Source: an uncultured Armatimonadia bacterium (GTDB taxonomy: Bacteria; Armatimonadota; Zipacnadia; CAVVLO01). From it: 64,000 bases of DNA. The position numbers were made by a program, and so were the translations under genes. Below the pieces are notes generated by a model. That model saw only the letters and a list, made by a program, of their open reading frames with translations. It was not told where the DNA came from and did no database searches. Shown here one piece after another: positions 35,553 through 45,409 of this stretch. Where the stretch lies: the NCBI GenBank assembly GCA_963749155.1, contig CAVVLO010000003.1:192612-256611 (forward strand), read 5' to 3'. Within the stretch, counting starts at the first letter, position 1. Each line of letters opens with the position of its first letter.

Positions 35553-36017
35553 TCAGCCGGCGCGTTTGAAGTTCTGCAGCGCGCAGAAGCCGATTGGCCC
35601 GCCGCCGGTGACGAGGACCAGCTCGCCGGGCTTTGCCTGGCTGGTGGTGAGGCTGGTCATCGTGACGCCCATCAGCCGGGCAATCGTTGCGGCCTCGGGC
35701 GCAAGCCCCGCCGGCACCTCGGCTGTCTCGCCAAGGGCGGTCTGCTGGACGCTGCGATGGGTTCCAAAGCACAAGCGGACACTGCCGATAACGCAAGTGT
35801 CAACGCCTGGGCCGACTTCGTCCACCTGAAAGACCGACGCATAGCCAGGATAATTGGGGAAGCTGTCGCCGGTGAAGTTCCAGTTTATTTCGGTACCCGC
35901 GCTTATCAGAGTGGCGAGGGTCTTCCCCCGCACCTCGCCCGCGGCGAGTTCGGGTAGTTGCTCGGCAATCAGTTCGGCGCGTTCGCGCGCTGTAATTACT
36001 ACGGTCAGGCTCTGCAT
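35553..36017 (-). CDS. MDR/zinc-type alcohol dehydrogenase-like protein, N-terminal part (fragment 1 of 2)
   Basis: MQSLTVVITARERAEL...; nucleotide-binding LVLVTGGGPIGFCALQ. It stops abruptly right after the GxGxxG motif. Confidence 0.7.
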   Translation of the reverse strand: MQSLTVVITARERAELIAEQLPELAAGEVRGKTLATLISAGTEINWNFTGDSFPNYPGYASVFQVDEVGPGVDTCVIGSVRLCFGTHRSVQQTALGETAEVPAGLAPEAATIARLMGVTMTSLTTSQAKPGELVLVTGGGPIGFCALQNFKRAG

Positions 36018-36035
36018 CTTGGTCCTCCAGTATTG

Positions 36036-37118
36036 TTAGCGCACTTCATCAAGCCGCACGAGGCGGCGTTCTTTGAGAGACTTGTCAGCGGCCAGATAAG
36101 CCCGAACAGTGTGCAGGTTGTCTTCGCCGCTCGATATATGGGGCCGGTCGTCGGTGATGGCGTCCATCAGGTCGCCCATCGTGCCCAGGTAGCTGTCCAT
36201 CCGCCATTGGTCCTGGTCATCGCCGAGGTCCCACTCGTGCCAGAGGCTGCCCCAGTCCTTCGACCAGAGGCGCAGCTTGCCAAAGGGGAAGCCCTCTATT
36301 GCGCCCTTGGTGCCCTCGATGCGGAAGCGCCAGCCGGCCGGGGCAAGACTCGTCTGGTTCATCGCCAGGTTTGCCACGGCGCCGTTTGCGAAATTGACGC
36401 TGAAGCTCATTGCCAGCTCGCCCTTGAAGTTCTGGCCGGGCCTTCGCGCGCCCGTGCAGAAGACGCTGACGGGGTCTTCGTCCATCCAGAAGCGCAAAAA
36501 GTCGAAATGATGCGCTCCCCATTCCACGGTCATAAAGTCGTCGAGTTCGGCGTTCCAGCGACGCTCTGGCATCAGGTCCCAGTAGATGTGATCCTGGTCG
36601 CCGACCATCTCTTCGCTGATGTAGTAGACCTCTCCGATGGCTCCCTGACGCAGGAGCGCCCAGGCGCCGCGGAAGACGTTGAGCCAGCGATAATGCGAGT
36701 TGACGCCGAGCTTCACGCCCGCCCGGTTGCAGGCGGCGACCATACGCATCCCATCGGCCAGGGAACGCGAGAAAGGCTTCTGCACCAGCACGTGTTTGCC
36801 CGCGGCGGCGCAGGCCTCGACCAGTTCGGCGCGGCCGAAGGTCTGCGTGGAGAGGTCGATAATCTGCACCTCGGGCAGCGCCAGCAGGTCGTGAAAATCG
36901 GTGAAGGTATGCTGGAGGCCATATTCGTTGTGCGCGAACTCCAGCTCCCCCTCGCGCAGGTCGGCGATACCGACGACGTTGAAGCCGCAGCGCTTGTAAG
37001 CTGGCAGATGAGCGGTCTTCACAACCCAGCCGCAGCCCAGGATGCCGATACCGTAATCGGTCTTCTTCGGGTGAGGCCTGATATCCAGTTCAGGCTTGAC
37101 AGGACCTGACTCACTCAT
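36036..37118 (-). CDS. Gfo/Idh/MocA-family NAD(P)-dependent oxidoreductase
   Basis: ATG at 37118 after AAGGAGG. YGIGILGCGWVVKTAHLPAY, GKHVLVQKPFS (EKP-type motif). Confidence 0.85.
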   Translation of the reverse strand: MSESGPVKPELDIRPHPKKTDYGIGILGCGWVVKTAHLPAYKRCGFNVVGIADLREGELEFAHNEYGLQHTFTDFHDLLALPEVQIIDLSTQTFGRAELVEACAAAGKHVLVQKPFSRSLADGMRMVAACNRAGVKLGVNSHYRWLNVFRGAWALLRQGAIGEVYYISEEMVGDQDHIYWDLMPERRWNAELDDFMTVEWGAHHFDFLRFWMDEDPVSVFCTGARRPGQNFKGELAMSFSVNFANGAVANLAMNQTSLAPAGWRFRIEGTKGAIEGFPFGKLRLWSKDWGSLWHEWDLGDDQDQWRMDSYLGTMGDLMDAITDDRPHISSGEDNLHTVRAYLAADKSLKERRLVRLDEVR

Positions 37119-37174
37119 AGGGAGCCTCCTTGGGAAGGTAGCGCGGCGGGTATTCGGCAAGGCGGATGCATCTC

Positions 37175-37423
37175 CTACTCGACCACGACCTCAAATACGT
37201 CCAGGAGATTAACGATGCGGAAAGCAGTAAAGGTGGCCGGCTGTGGCAGGATGAAGCGGGCAAGCGAGAAGCTACCTTCCTCTGCCGGCTGGCAGGTGGC
37301 AAGGTCTTCCCAGGCGCCGCCAAGTGCCCTGATGCTGCAGCCTGATCGTGCGGCCCTGCATCGAGGGGTGTTTGAGGAAGTAGACGGTGACCTGGCTGAC
37401 CTGTTGAGGCGCGTCCCAGGCAA
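37175..37423 (-). CDS. C-terminal end of the discoidin-domain enzyme (fragment 3 of 3)
   Basis: Real part ...LGGAWEDLATCQPAEEGSFSLARFILPQPATFTAFRIVNLLDVFEVVVE. It follows ...GRTIRLQHQG of fragment 2 after a +1 shift at about 37320-37335. Confidence 0.55.
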   Translation of the reverse strand: MPGTRLNRSARSPSTSSNTPRCRAARSGCSIRALGGAWEDLATCQPAEEGSFSLARFILPQPATFTAFRIVNLLDVFEVVVE

Positions 37424-39092
37424 GCTGAAGCCATTCTTCGTTGGGCTCCACCAGCGCGCCGGGCCAGAAGAGGGTAGAGGTCAGCCCGTCCACGGCGTAT
37501 TTGGGCGGATAACGCCCCTCATCCGCCATCACGGAGGCAGTTACCTTCGCCTTGGTTGCCAGGTTCGGCGGAATCAGGAGCAGCGCCATCGCAGCCTGAC
37601 GCAAGGGCTCCAGAGCGTTCTTGCGCACCACTTCGTCTGGGAAATCACTTAGTGAGGCGCCGAGGTCAGCGAGAAAGCCATCCAGTCCGGCTTCATCGGC
37701 CGTCAGGCGGCGCAGATTGCCCAGGGCCACACCGAAGGCAGGCTCGGTGCCGAACCGGCCGAGGGGCCAGGTGCCATCACCCCACAGTCGGTGCCAGCCA
37801 TGGGCATCATCCCAGGTGAGATAAGCTGCGAAGATGTCTCGGTAAAGCTGCAAGGCAACCGCTTCTTCTGTGGTGGGAGCTAACTCGGCATACAGCCGGG
37901 CCAGCGCGAGTTGCAGGCGGAGTTGCATCAGCAGCGCCTGAGCAGCGATGTCAGGGGTTGGGAAGAGCTTCCTGCCAAGGAGGCCGGGCTTGCCCAGCCT
38001 GTCCGTTTCAAGGAGAGAGCCGAGTTGTTCCACCAGTGATTCAAGCCGGGCCACTTCGTTCACCGGCAAGGCTTCGTAGCACTGGGCGATGAGTTCGGAG
38101 TGCTCGGGGTAGAGCAGGCAAGTCGCCTCTCGCAGCACTTCGGCCTCAGGGCGGCTTCGCCGGTCGGGGTCCCATTCGCATTGCAGATATTGATAGATGC
38201 GCGGCAGTTGGAGGATTGGGCACTGCGTGTTGCCCATCATCCCGGCAAGCTCTGGATAGGCGTCCAGCCCCTCGAAAACTCGGTTGACCTCGGCAAGGCC
38301 CGGATTGGTGCCGGGGTAGGAAGGCTCCGCTTCGATGGTGTTGTATGGCAGATAGACGGTCTTGCTCAGGACGCCAGCCCGCTGGCACTCGGGCAGATAG
38401 ACAGGCACTCCCGCGATGAGCCACCAGGGCTCGGGCAGGGAGTCCTTCAGCGCCTGGATGGTCGCCGCGCCGTGTTCGGGATTGAAGCCTTCAGACCACT
38501 CCGCGCCCCAGCCGAACCACAACCAGTCGATTACTCTGGTCTGGTTGCCCTTCTCGCTGTGCTCATCCAGCAGCCGGCGGGTATCGGTGAGGAGAGTCAT
38601 ATACTCGGACAGTGGACTACCGGGGAAGCCGCCGGGATCAGTGTCTATGGTGCAGACGCCATCAGCGCTGGTCACAACACTGTAAAGAGCCTCGTGAGCA
38701 GCTCGTATCTCGCGCAAGGCCTCTGGGTCGCCGGGATCGAGATCCTTCTGCTCGGGCCGCCAGTAGGGGCGCTTGCGCGGGTCAGCCACACCGAGGTCAC
38801 TTTGGGCTACCCGGTTCGCAGCCTGCATAAGCCAGACTTCCATCCCGTGACACTGCTGGGCGTACTGGACGAGGCGATTTACCTCTTCGAGATAGGCGCG
38901 ATCCTCGCTTGAGAGCGGCAGGGGGATGATCTCCATAAACGGCCACAGGTACAGCAGATTGACCTGCTGGCAGGCAAGCCCATCGATAAAGCGTTGCCAT
39001 TCGGACTCGGTCCAGTTGCGGAAGGTGTAGGGCGAATCGAAGGCCCAGCCGTTGAAGTGAAGGCCGCGCACCGCGAAATAAGGCTTGCTCAC
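37272..39092 (-). CDS. Glycosidase-like TIM-barrel region plus F5/8-type-C (discoidin) domain (fragment 2 of 3)
   Basis: KPYFAVRGLHFNGWAF..., QQVNLLYLWPFMEI; discoidin-like YPPKYAVDGLTSTLFWPG...EEWLQLAW. Confidence 0.75.
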   Translation of the reverse strand: MSKPYFAVRGLHFNGWAFDSPYTFRNWTESEWQRFIDGLACQQVNLLYLWPFMEIIPLPLSSEDRAYLEEVNRLVQYAQQCHGMEVWLMQAANRVAQSDLGVADPRKRPYWRPEQKDLDPGDPEALREIRAAHEALYSVVTSADGVCTIDTDPGGFPGSPLSEYMTLLTDTRRLLDEHSEKGNQTRVIDWLWFGWGAEWSEGFNPEHGAATIQALKDSLPEPWWLIAGVPVYLPECQRAGVLSKTVYLPYNTIEAEPSYPGTNPGLAEVNRVFEGLDAYPELAGMMGNTQCPILQLPRIYQYLQCEWDPDRRSRPEAEVLREATCLLYPEHSELIAQCYEALPVNEVARLESLVEQLGSLLETDRLGKPGLLGRKLFPTPDIAAQALLMQLRLQLALARLYAELAPTTEEAVALQLYRDIFAAYLTWDDAHGWHRLWGDGTWPLGRFGTEPAFGVALGNLRRLTADEAGLDGFLADLGASLSDFPDEVVRKNALEPLRQAAMALLLIPPNLATKAKVTASVMADEGRYPPKYAVDGLTSTLFWPGALVEPNEEWLQLAWDAPQQVSQVTVYFLKHPSMQGRTIRLQHQGTWRRLGRPCHLPAGRGR

Positions 39093-39096
39093 GAGG

Positions 39097-39561
39097 TCAA
39101 GAGGGGCCTCGAGATAAGGCCCGGAACTCCCCCACTCGCACCCGGCGGGCTAGCTCGGCCAGGGCGTTACGCGTACCCTGAGGGGCTGCGCCGAAGGCCA
39201 ATATTACCGGCTGGCCAGCGAGATCTGTAGCGCGCAGGCAGAAGCCCTGCTCGCCAAGCGATGCCGCTGAGGGCGCTTCAAAGCCAGGCACTTGCGCTGC
39301 AAGCTCGGAGCCGACAAGAATCAGCACTGAAGCAGTCGGGTCGGGAGTGGAAAGGACCTGCACCTTGCTCTCTGCCAGTTCTGAGAGGAACTGCGCAAGG
39401 TCGCTTGCGGCATAGCTGACATAGCTCGGTTGATTTTCCGGCAGCACGAGGGCACAACCTGCCAGGTCAATACGTCCGGAGCTAGCATCTTCATCCGCTG
39501 GCAAAGCGCAGGTCGCAAGCAGACCGAAAAGCAGACAGAATATAAGCAGCAGGATTTCCAT
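39097..39561 (-). CDS. Signal peptide plus N-terminal alpha/beta domain of the same enzyme (fragment 1 of 3)
   Basis: MEILLLIFCLLFGLLATCALPA. ...LGEQGFCLRATDLAGQPVILAFGAAPQGTRNALAELARRV (GH20b/GH67-N-like pattern). Removing one C from the C5 run at 39129-39133 fuses it in frame to 37272-39092. Confidence 0.7.
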   Translation of the reverse strand: MEILLLIFCLLFGLLATCALPADEDASSGRIDLAGCALVLPENQPSYVSYAASDLAQFLSELAESKVQVLSTPDPTASVLILVGSELAAQVPGFEAPSAASLGEQGFCLRATDLAGQPVILAFGAAPQGTRNALAELARRVRVGEFRALSRGPS

Positions 39562-39717
39562 AACGCTTCACTTCCATCGAGGTAGCAGGTATCGGCGCGC
39601 TGGTATTCGGTGGGTATTTGGGCGAACCTGCCAGGGTTATGGTCGTCCCGCAGGGACTCCGGTTGTCCCGGCGAATCTCCAGTTAACATATTCCTCTGCC
39701 TCGGGGAGGCGTTTGCC

Positions 39718-40758
39718 TTGCGGACCCTTTTTCTGATGATGATTGCGCTTTGCTTCGTAGCGTTGGTGCTGGTTGGGTGTAGCCAGAAAGTGGAGGAGCC
39801 ACCCCAGGTTGCCCCCTCGGCTGCGCCAAAACTGCCGGCCAGCGAGGTCAAGATTGGCTTCATCGTGAAGCAGCCCGAGGAGCCCTGGTTCCAGCATGAG
39901 TGGAAGTTCGCTCAGGAGTGCGCTGACCATTATGGCTTCAGCCTGGTGAAACTGGGCGCGGCTGATGGAGAGAAGGTGCTGGCAGCTATCGACAATCTCG
40001 CCGCCCAGGGCGCTCAGGGGTTCGTCATCTGCACGCCCGATGTGCGCCTGGGCCCAGCCATCGTCGAAAAAGCCGCCTCTCACAAGCTGAAGGTCTTCTC
40101 GGTGGACGACCGTTTTATCGGGTCGGACGGCAAGCCGATGACCGAGGTGCCGTATATGGGCATCTCGGCCTTTGAGATAGGCAAGATGGTAGGCAAAGCC
40201 TTGCTGGACGAATATACGAAACGCGGCTGGAAGGCCGAGGACACCTGGGCGCTGGGCGTGACCCTGGAAGAGCTGGACACCGCCAAACAGCGCACCGATG
40301 GCGCCAGTGAAGCACTGGCAGAGGGAGGCTTCCCCAAGGAGCATATCTCGATCGCCGCCATCCGGGGCCTGGCCGACGTCACCAACGCCTTCGATGCCGC
40401 CAATGTGGTCCTCACCCAGCACCAGAAGGTGAAACACTGGCTGGTCTTCGGGATGAACGATGAGTCGGTACTGGGCGGTATCCGCGCGCTGGAAGGCCGC
40501 AAGCTGGTCGCAAGCGATGTCATTGGGGTGGGCATAGGCGGCACGACCGGGCGAGTGGACTTCGAGAAGCCTGAAGCGACTGGCTTCTTCTCAGCAGTGC
40601 TTATCAGCCCCAAGCGGCACGGCTACGAGACCACCGAGTATCTGTACAAGTGGATTACCGAGGGCATCGAACCGCCCAAGGAGACACTTACCACAGGCCT
40701 CCTGATTGATCGCAGCAATTATCGCCAGATAATGCAGGAACAGGGAGTGCTGGACTAG
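39718..40758 (+). CDS. araF: L-arabinose-binding periplasmic lipoprotein (ABC substrate-binding protein)
   Basis: TTG at 39718, 8 nt after GGGGAGG. Lipoprotein signal MRTLFLMMIALCFVALVLVGC. KIGFIVKQPEEPWFQHEWKFAQ, GFVICTPD, HWLVFGMNDESVLGGIRA closely parallel E. coli AraF as I recall it. Confidence 0.85.
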   Translation: MRTLFLMMIALCFVALVLVGCSQKVEEPPQVAPSAAPKLPASEVKIGFIVKQPEEPWFQHEWKFAQECADHYGFSLVKLGAADGEKVLAAIDNLAAQGAQGFVICTPDVRLGPAIVEKAASHKLKVFSVDDRFIGSDGKPMTEVPYMGISAFEIGKMVGKALLDEYTKRGWKAEDTWALGVTLEELDTAKQRTDGASEALAEGGFPKEHISIAAIRGLADVTNAFDAANVVLTQHQKVKHWLVFGMNDESVLGGIRALEGRKLVASDVIGVGIGGTTGRVDFEKPEATGFFSAVLISPKRHGYETTEYLYKWITEGIEPPKETLTTGLLIDRSNYRQIMQEQGVLD

Positions 40759-40772
40759 CCTCAGAGGGAAAG

Positions 40773-43700
40773 ATGTCAATTGTGATAAACAAAGGCCTGT
40801 CCAGCGCCCGGGGGCTTGCGGTCGCCCTGCTGCTGACCGTTGCCGCATCAGGCTGCCAGTCGCTGGCCTTCGCCAAGGAGCAACCGATGTCACTCCCTTT
40901 CATCCAGGTCGCGCCTGACAACTGGACTTTCGAACAGGTTCCAGGCGGGGAGCGATTCATCCCCTTCGGAAGCAACTTCATCTTCACCAAACCGGGCAGC
41001 CCAAACGATGAGCATGCCCTCGATGTGCTGACTGCGCCTGAATGGAATCCGGAGCTGGTCCGGCGCGCCTTCGAAGGGGCTCGCGCGCTCAATATGAACG
41101 TGCTGAAGGTCTTCCTGCCCATCTGGCAGACCTTGCCAGATCCCCAGCCAAGGGGGCAACTGACCCTGGGCGCGATGGAACCGCCCCTGCTAGAACGCCT
41201 CGACTATGTATTTTTAGTGGCCAACGACACTGGCGTTTATGTCAGCCTGACGCTTGCGGAATGGGGCGCGCATAGCCTGAAGTGGTGGCAGGAAGGAGGC
41301 ACCTTCCTCGGGCGCGATGAGGAATCGGCGACCGAGTTCAACACCTATGACATCTACCGGCGCTTCTGGACTCTGATTGCCACTCGCTACAAGGACGAGC
41401 CGGCGCTTTTCTCCTACAATCTGGCGGTGGAGTTCTATCTGCCAGGGGGCAACTGGGGCGCGCAGAAAGACGAATCGGACGCTTACAGCCACGTATTTGG
41501 CGACCGGTGGGGGCTGCCGGCATGGCGCAAGTGCCTCAAGGCAAAATACGGTGAGGTAGCCAAAGCGAACCACGCCTGGGGGACGGACTACGCTGGGCTG
41601 GAAGACGTGCCTCAGCCCTCACTGGCCTGGGGCGACAACCAATACGAGGCCCCTCAGGCGATGGTGGCCGACTATGGAGAGTTCCGCGAGCAGGTGACGG
41701 TGGCCTTCCTTCGCAACCAGACCGAAGCTATCCGGGCCGAGGACGGGCGCCATATGATTACTTGCGGCTTCCACCCTCATCACCCCGCCATCGGCTGGCA
41801 GTGTTCGGCGATGTACCTGGCTGGCGCTGCGCCGGCCAAACTGGATATGCTGGACTACACCACCTCGCATGTCTACACGAACAATCCGGACTACTCGCCC
41901 GGACTTGACCTGCGCAGTTGGCATATGGCCGTGATGGCGACGCGATTCGCCTACGGAGGCAAGCCTGTAATTGTCGAAGAGATGGGCCATATCACCCTGG
42001 ACCGGAGCGAAACTGCTCGCGAGACAATCCGCCTGGTCACAGCCCTAGCGCCTCACGCCTCGGGCTTTATGCTGTGGTTCCTCGGAGACATCAATCCGGA
42101 AAAGCCTTATGGCCCGCTTACGATGGACCTTGAAGTCAACTCCTTTGGAGAAGCCTGGCGCAAACTGGCCGAACCTGGTGGCGCAGTGGCCGACCTGCCG
42201 GCAGCCCGCGCGCCCGCAGTCACAACGTATATCGTCGACCGGCTGGAGGGCCTGGCGCCGACCAAGCCGACCTGCTTGCAGCAGGTACTGGACGACTGGG
42301 AAGGGACGCCCCAGCCTGTAGATATCGTATTCGAGGGTACTGGGCCAGTCGAGAGTGGCTACATCTCGCTCAAGGTAAGGGACGATGCGCTGGTCTCGCT
42401 AAGGTTTGACGCCACTGGACAAGGCCACTACGGCCCAGAGCTGATTGCCGAAGGCCAGGCAATTTCCGGTGTCAGCGGCCTTGGGCTGGAAGGGCCAAAA
42501 CTGCGCTTCAATACGGCCGCTGGGGGCTTCTCCTGGCCGCTGCCCTTCACGCGAGAGGGCTATTACGACGCCGATACTCACCTCAATTATCCTGATGGGA
42601 AATCCACCGAGGGCGCAACTCCGCTGGGGCTGCCAGTACGCAAGTTCGTGGCCAGCACGGGGCAGACGCTCTTCCTCGAGCACTTCAAACGACTGCCCCT
42701 GGGCGAGCACGATACCTGGCTCAATCTGGGCCAGGGCAACACTGTCTGGCTGTATGGAGATGCGGGCTTTTCAGGCGCCGCCAGCGTGAAGGTAGAGGGC
42801 GAGACAGGGCTTGGTTTCGAGGTCGGCGAGACTTTTCTGCGACTGCACAGCCGGACTGCAGAAGGTAACGTGGAGATAAACCTGCACGTCGACGCCGGCC
42901 TGGCGCCGGTTAGGCCTCCTGAAATCAAGTATGAACCTGAACCCGAGATCACCTGCGACCTGACGGGCAAAAGCGTTCCAGCAAGCCCTTTGGCAAGTGA
43001 CCTGCTGGCGATGGCCGGCTATTGGCATCCGGGAGTGATTGGGGGGGGCGAGTGGCTGCTGGATGATGTGCGTACCCACTGGTACAGCAATCCTGCCTCT
43101 CACTATCACGCGCTACTGAGAGATGGGCTGCTCGCGCAACTTGCGCTTATCGGCTACGACCGCTACGAGCATTTTGGGCTGCTCTTCAACTGGGGCTGCT
43201 ATCCCGATTATGGCGCCGGTGGCCTGCTGAACGTCCCCGAGAACAACGGCAAGTATGATATGCGGATGCTCCACGTCAATGCGATGGCGATAATCGCGGC
43301 GGCTGAATATGTGCTGACGACAGGTGATTATTCTCTGCTGGAGGCCCGGTCTGCGCGCTGGGTCTCAACCGACGGAGACGAAGCTCAACCTCTGTGCGGG
43401 GGCAAGGCTTCGGTTTTCAATTATATATTGTCAGCCGGCGACTGCCGCCTCGATGGAAAAGCGCCCGAGAAGACTTTCTCTCTGGGGCAGTCCTTCAGCG
43501 CAAGTGAGCCCTTTGGGCAGGTCACCTTGCGTCTGGGCTGCCCTGTGACCAACACCGCGGACCTCTGGGAGAAGAAGCCCCTCGCCCCGGCTGTCGTCGA
43601 GGTGTTCGCGGGCGATGGAGAGCGCCTGCTGGCAAGAGAGGAAGTGGCGCTTCAGGTTGGGCAGACCGATCAGCAAATCAGTGTGCAACTGCCCGAGCAA

Positions 43701-43793
43701 GCGCCTGCCGGGCAAGTATCTGGTCCGTGTGAGCGACCCTCGCAGCGGCGAGCGATATTTTGGCCCGGCCCTTGCCTGGTGGACCGAGCCTGA
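40773..43793 (+). CDS. Giant lipoprotein glycosidase, N-terminal clan GH-A-like part (fragment 1 of 2 of a ~1540-aa protein)
   Basis: Lipobox LLLTVAASGC. NMNVLKVFLP, FSYNLAVEFYLPG, KPVIVEEMGH. Continuity moves to the +1 frame at the G-run at 43710-43712 (...PEQAPAG|KYLVRVSDPRSGERYFGP...). Confidence 0.75.
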   Translation: MSIVINKGLSSARGLAVALLLTVAASGCQSLAFAKEQPMSLPFIQVAPDNWTFEQVPGGERFIPFGSNFIFTKPGSPNDEHALDVLTAPEWNPELVRRAFEGARALNMNVLKVFLPIWQTLPDPQPRGQLTLGAMEPPLLERLDYVFLVANDTGVYVSLTLAEWGAHSLKWWQEGGTFLGRDEESATEFNTYDIYRRFWTLIATRYKDEPALFSYNLAVEFYLPGGNWGAQKDESDAYSHVFGDRWGLPAWRKCLKAKYGEVAKANHAWGTDYAGLEDVPQPSLAWGDNQYEAPQAMVADYGEFREQVTVAFLRNQTEAIRAEDGRHMITCGFHPHHPAIGWQCSAMYLAGAAPAKLDMLDYTTSHVYTNNPDYSPGLDLRSWHMAVMATRFAYGGKPVIVEEMGHITLDRSETARETIRLVTALAPHASGFMLWFLGDINPEKPYGPLTMDLEVNSFGEAWRKLAEPGGAVADLPAARAPAVTTYIVDRLEGLAPTKPTCLQQVLDDWEGTPQPVDIVFEGTGPVESGYISLKVRDDALVSLRFDATGQGHYGPELIAEGQAISGVSGLGLEGPKLRFNTAAGGFSWPLPFTREGYYDADTHLNYPDGKSTEGATPLGLPVRKFVASTGQTLFLEHFKRLPLGEHDTWLNLGQGNTVWLYGDAGFSGAASVKVEGETGLGFEVGETFLRLHSRTAEGNVEINLHVDAGLAPVRPPEIKYEPEPEITCDLTGKSVPASPLASDLLAMAGYWHPGVIGGGEWLLDDVRTHWYSNPASHYHALLRDGLLAQLALIGYDRYEHFGLLFNWGCYPDYGAGGLLNVPENNGKYDMRMLHVNAMAIIAAAEYVLTTGDYSLLEARSARWVSTDGDEAQPLCGGKASVFNYILSAGDCRLDGKAPEKTFSLGQSFSASEPFGQVTLRLGCPVTNTADLWEKKPLAPAVVEVFAGDGERLLAREEVALQVGQTDQQISVQLPEQAPAGQVSGPCERPSQRRAIFWPGPCLVDRA

Positions 43794-45402
43794 TACTGAT
43801 TATATTGGGGGCGAAGCCTTCTGGGGCCCCTCATCAGGCACTGTGCTGGAACGCCTGAAGGGACTTTTCGACTATCTCTACAAATATACCGGGGTCGAAC
43901 AGGAAGGCCTTTCTTACTATCCCGACGACCGCGAGCTACATATTCCCGACCAGAGGTCAGGTTGCCCTGGCGTAAGTATGCAGAACTCCTATCACGAGTG
44001 CCTGGGAGGCGGCTATGACGCCTTTATGGGCCTGTGGTGGCCTGCGGCCTGCGGGGCGATGGCCAGCCTCGAGGAGCTGCGGGGCAACAAGCACGGCGCC
44101 CTGGCCTGTCAAAGGCTGGAGGAGACTGCCAGGAGGGCGTATAACGCCAAATACTGGCATACAGTCGAGGAAAACGGCCAGCAGTTCGAACGTTACTTCG
44201 GCAGTCAGGACTGGCAAGGCGCAATCCACGATTATGGCTTCACCTATTACAACCTCGAAGCGGCGGCTTGTGGCATCCCGAACCAGGCCCAAGGACAGGC
44301 TATCCTTCGGTGGCTGGACCGAGGCTATTGGCGACCTGACCCAGCCGGCCCCTGGCAAGAGGATATCTATTCGCCCTGGCAGATCGCACCACCCTTCAAT
44401 ACGAAGGAAATTGGCGACTGGATTGGGATTACCGGCAAGCTACCGTATTTCGAGGTGCTTTCCAACGGCGGCACCAGGCTGATGTATGAGGCGCGAGACC
44501 TGCTGGCCAGGCGCGCCTATGTCTCACTCGATAATGCGCACGAGAGAAACGAGCAGGTGCTTGCGCGGTTCGCCAGTCCTGACCGACTGTGTGGAGGGCG
44601 AACCTTCGATGATCCAGGCCACAGAGGCAGGTGGCATTTCGGCCCGCCCTATAACGACCGGGCTGATATCGAAGGGTATCGAGAGATATTTCCTGGCAAC
44701 GGGACTCTGGCCTCCGCGCAAATCAATATGTATCTTGGAGCGAGCTTCGAGGCTGCCGGACTGCGTATTCGCCCTGAGGTGCCCTCGACGCTGGACAGGA
44801 TCAGCCTGGAGGGGATTGGGTTTCGCGGTCGCGCGCTGGACTTCACGCTGGAGGCACTGCGAGAGCCAGTCTCCGCCACCCAGGCAAAGGGCCAGCCTGC
44901 TGGCCTTCGGTGCTGGTATTTCCGGCCTGAGAGCGCCTTTAACACGGCGGCAATCAGGTTGCAGGGCTTGCCAAGCGGCCTTCCCTTTGCTGGTGGCGCG
45001 CAGGTGAGCCTCCTACTCGAAGTCGAGACGCAAGAAGGAGGCTGGGCGCAGGTGGCGCGCAACTGGCTGAGCCACGTGCGGGATGGCCAACTGGTAACTG
45101 TCCGGGCGAGCAGAGCGCTCGATCCGGCTCTCTTGTATCGGCTTTCGCTGGAGGAGTTTGTCCCCCCTGAAGGCTGTAAAGTGACAATTAACGATGGCTT
45201 TCCAAACGAGCCAGTTTTGGGCCTTGAACGCACTCTGCTCAGCCTGCGACTTGCCTTGCCCGCAGCAGAGCCTTGCGGTTTCATCAGAGAGGCAAACGGC
45301 CTTGAGCAGCCTCTGACGACGACAGGCGCAACGCTGGTTGTAGAACCCGGCGACAGCGTGCTGGTGGGGCTGCCTCTGCTGGAGGCGCCCAGGAGCCCCT
45401 GA
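43615..45402 (+). CDS. Giant lipoprotein glycosidase, C-terminal helical (six-hairpin-like) part (fragment 2 of 2)
   Basis: From about 43712: KYLVRVSDPRSGERYFGPALAWWTEPDTDYIGGEAFWG ... YHECLGGGYDAFMGLWWPAACGAMASLEEL ... to the stop at 45400-45402. Family not recognised. Confidence 0.7.
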   Translation: MESACWQERKWRFRLGRPISKSVCNCPSKRLPGKYLVRVSDPRSGERYFGPALAWWTEPDTDYIGGEAFWGPSSGTVLERLKGLFDYLYKYTGVEQEGLSYYPDDRELHIPDQRSGCPGVSMQNSYHECLGGGYDAFMGLWWPAACGAMASLEELRGNKHGALACQRLEETARRAYNAKYWHTVEENGQQFERYFGSQDWQGAIHDYGFTYYNLEAAACGIPNQAQGQAILRWLDRGYWRPDPAGPWQEDIYSPWQIAPPFNTKEIGDWIGITGKLPYFEVLSNGGTRLMYEARDLLARRAYVSLDNAHERNEQVLARFASPDRLCGGRTFDDPGHRGRWHFGPPYNDRADIEGYREIFPGNGTLASAQINMYLGASFEAAGLRIRPEVPSTLDRISLEGIGFRGRALDFTLEALREPVSATQAKGQPAGLRCWYFRPESAFNTAAIRLQGLPSGLPFAGGAQVSLLLEVETQEGGWAQVARNWLSHVRDGQLVTVRASRALDPALLYRLSLEEFVPPEGCKVTINDGFPNEPVLGLERTLLSLRLALPAAEPCGFIREANGLEQPLTTTGATLVVEPGDSVLVGLPLLEAPRSP

Positions 45403-45409
45403 TAACCTG